Shown: in pieces, positions 60,867 through 64,000 of the stretch
Layout of the letters: every line of letters starts with the position of its first letter
Position numbering within the stretch: position 1 is the stretch's first letter
Assembly (NCBI RefSeq): GCF_009834535.1
Contig: NC_045696.1
Location: 99,326,001-99,390,000 of the forward strand
Direction of reading: 5' to 3'
From: Camelus ferus
Lineage: Eukaryota
Length of the DNA stretch: 64,000 nt
Program-made: the position numbers and the translations under genes
The notes under the pieces: generated by a model
What the model saw: the letters and a program-made list of their open reading frames with translations, nothing else
Database searches by the model: none
What the model was told of the DNA's origin: nothing

Positions 60867-62995
60867 GAATATGAATTCTAAGTGTGTGGGGACACTCACT
60901 AATATAGACCATATCCCAAGTTACAAAACAAACTTTAACAAAATTTAAAAAATTAAATCAAAGTATGTCCTCTGACCACAAGGACTTATCTTTCTGTTAC
61001 TGGTTTTTAGTATAACAGGAAAATGTCCAAATACTTGTGAAATTCAATAACATATTACCAATATATAGACATAAATTACCAATATCGAGTGAAAAGAGAG
61101 ATATCCACAGATCCAATAGACATTGACAGGATATTAAGGAATATTAGAAATAACTCTACATACATAAATCTGACAAGGTAAATAGAATGAAATTCCTTAA
61201 AAATCACAGACTACCAAAATGCATCCAAGATGAAATATGTACATAGTCCTATGATAATGAAGGAAATTGTATTTATAGTTAAAAACCTTCCAATAAAGAA
61301 ATCTTCGGGTTGAGCTGGTTCCACCAGCATATTCTATCAAACATTTAAAGAAGAAATAGCAATTCTACATAATCTTTCCCAGAAAATAGAAGAGTAAGAA
61401 ACACTTTACAACTCTCAAAGCCAGTCTCACACTGACAGCAAAATCAGACAAGAACAGAAGAAAATAACAGACAATATCACTTACGCACATAGGCAAACAT
61501 CCTTAATCCAGCCAAAAAGGTAGATATACAATATCATATATGTCTATGTAAATTATATATCTAGGGTTTATTCTAGGAATGCTAGTCCAGTTCAGTATTC
61601 AAGATGTAATCTATCAAATTAACAACAGTAAAAATTAAGTTACCTTATTATACCAATTGATCACAAAAAATTATTTAAGAAAATCCATTCATGAAAATAA
61701 TTTTCCATCAAATTAGGAATATAAGGGAACTTTATATTGTGATAAAATGTGATAAAAGGCATTTATAGGAAATTTACATCTAACATCATACTTAGTGTGA
61801 AAGACCAAATCCTTCCCACTTTAGATTGGAAAGAAGCAAGGATGTCCGCTTTCAACATTGTACTAGAAGTTTTATCAGTGCAAATAAGGTAAGACAGAGA
61901 AAGAAAAGCCATGCAAATTAGAAAGAAAAAAAAATTTCCTATCTGCAGACACTTCGATTATCTAAGTAGAAAATTCCAAGTAATCCATAAAAAAACACTC
62001 CTAGAACTAAGTGTATTTATCTACTTTCTGGTTAAAACCAATTATACCTTTATGACTTGTAATGGACTATTGGAAACACAAGAGATAGCATTTATAATAG
62101 TCCCTCTCCCCGCAAATGAAATATTTAGAAACAAATGTAATAAATATGTACTGGTCCTCTATGCTGAAAATTGTAAGAGGCTGGCAGGGAAGAAAAGACT
62201 TAAGTAAAGGAATACATACTATGTTCATGATGCGGGTAACTCATATAGTAATGATGTTATTTCTCCTCAGATTGATCTATTGATTGAATGCACACAAAAT
62301 CTTATTTTTTTGTAGATATAAAAAAGCTGATTCTAAAAATTTATGTGGAAGAGTAAAGGAACTAGATTATCCAAAACAATTTTGAAAAACAAAAATAAAA
62401 TTGTACAGATCACTGTCCAACTTTTCAGGCTTACTGTAAAGCTACAGTAATACAGTGTGGTGGTGTTAAAGGAATGGACACACAGATGCACAGAACAGAA
62501 GAGTCCAGACAGGCCCAATCGAACATGACCGAGGGATATTTGACAAAGAATAGGCAAGTTAAGTATTTTCAACAAGTGGTGTTGAAACAACTGGGCCTCT
62601 CTATGTGTTAAAATGAATTTTGACTTAAATCTCACATTTTATGCAAAATTATTTCAAAATGGGTCATAAATCTAAATATGAAATGTAAAAACTAAAACTT
62701 TTTGAAGAAACTACAGAAAATCTTCATGAAATGGGGTTAGGTAAAAAAAATGCTTAAAAATGACACCCAAAGCATGATTTATAAAAGGAGAACAATTGGT
62801 AACTTGAACTTCATCAAAATGAAAAACTTTTATTCCAAAAAAGACATTGCTAAGAGAATGAAAAGACAAGCTACAGACTGGGAGAAAATATTTTCAAACC
62901 ACATATTTGACGAAGGGCTTATATTCAGAGTATATAAAGGTCTTTCAAAATTTATCAGTAAGAAATCAAACAACCCAATTAAAAAATGGCAAATT

Positions 62996-63146
62996 GAGGG
63001 GGAGGGCATAGCTCAGTGGTAAAGCGCATGCTTAGCATGCACAAGGTCCTGGGTTCAATCTCCAGTACCTCCATTTAAAAAAATAACCTAATTACCTCTC
63101 CCCCAAAGTAAATAAATAAATTTAAAAAAAAAATTAAAAAACATGG
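62996..63146 (+). mobile_element. Vic-1-type tRNA-Ala(AGC) SINE with 17-bp TSD
   Basis: A box tagctcagtgg, anticodon loop ttagcat, B box ggttcaatc, A-rich tail. TSD ttaaaaaatggcaaatt (62979-62995) / ttaaaaaagggcaaatt (63147-63163). Confidence 0.93.
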
Positions 63147-64000
63147 TTAAAAAAGGGCAAATTATTTAAACAAACTTTTCACCAAAGAGGAGACATGGCA
63201 AGTTAATAAGCACATGAAATGCGTTCAACATCATTAGCCATTAGAAAAATATAAATTAAACCATTATGAGCTATGATTATATGCATATTACAATGGCTAA
63301 AAATATTTGAAAACAACTTTAGGGATTGCCAAGGTTGCAGAGCTATGAGAACTTATTGCTTGTGCAAATGCAAAATGGTGTAGCCACTCTGGAAGATAGG
63401 TCAGTTTTTTATATTGTTAAACTCATATTTACCCTATGACCTAACAGTTCCCTGCCTAGATGCTTACCTTGGAGAAATAGAAACATGTTCATGTATAACC
63501 TGCGCATGAGTGTTTATAGCAAAAGCACTCATAGTCATAAAAGCTGGAAACGAATCAAATATCCTTCAATGGGTGATGGATAAATCATAGTCCATCCATA
63601 CAGTGGAATATTACTTAGCTACAAAAATGAATGAACAATTGATACTCACAATAAGTTGGATAAATTACATAGGCAGTTTGCGGAGGAAAGAATTTAGTCA
63701 TAAAAGTTTACATCCTATATGATTCCATTATATGTCATTCTTGGAAAGACAAAACTAGTGACAGAACAAATCAGTGGTTGCCAAGGTTTGAGGGTGAGAT
63801 GAGAGAGTGACTGAAAAGAGATAGCATGAGGGAGTCTTGTCAGATGATGAGATGCTTTGCAGCCTGATGGTGGTAGTGGTTATACAAATCGAAACATGGT
63901 AAAATTCATATAACTGCACACAAAGTCACTTTTTTATTTTTACTATAAATTGAAAAAATAAACACATAACAGGAGAGGTTTGGGGTATAATTTCTGTTCT

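Larger units (their letters stand above)
60040..63965 (+). mobile_element. Decayed ~3.9 kb LINE-1 (L1MC-like), endonuclease region through 3' UTR
   Basis: EN-like start (ataccagataaagtagactt), RT motifs (aagcaaggatgtccgc), peptide KRMKRQATDWEKIFSNHIFDEGL, and L1MC-type 3' UTR (atcagtggttgccaagg, gatggtggtagtggttatacaaatc). Confidence 0.93.

Noticed and set aside
62996..63075. Apparent tRNA-Ala(AGC) gene
   Set aside because: It is followed by the SINE-specific ctaattacc segment, an A tail and a TSD, and four related copies occur in the window, so it is a SINE head.

Overview
Mammalian non-coding genomic DNA, most likely camelid (camel/llama/alpaca). The evidence is five tRNA-Ala(AGC)-derived SINEs of the Vic-1 type and artiodactyl-type L1 3' tails. 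No protein-coding gene, rRNA or true tRNA could be recognised. The only ORF-track peptides I recognise are decayed LINE-1 ORF2 fragments. The window is a mosaic of repeats: two ~4 kb decayed L1s, several short younger L1 3'-end insertions with target-site duplications (TSDs), L2/MIR relics, MaLR LTRs, a clean ERV1-type solo LTR, hAT/Tigger MITEs and microsatellites. These are separated by long AT-rich, repeat-poor stretches with clustered developmental TF motifs and a probable MER121 copy, as expected in a large intron or gene desert near a developmental regulator. I found no convincing new multi-gene system. The best-supported oddities are retrotransposition footprints (an orphan poly(A) insertion, an L1-in-L1 52-bp duplication, a twin-primed inverted L1, a composite SINE insertion), an inverted (GT)n/(CA)n pair, and candidate enhancers. 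Repeat family names come from remembered consensus sequences, not from a database search, and boundaries of old repeats are approximate.
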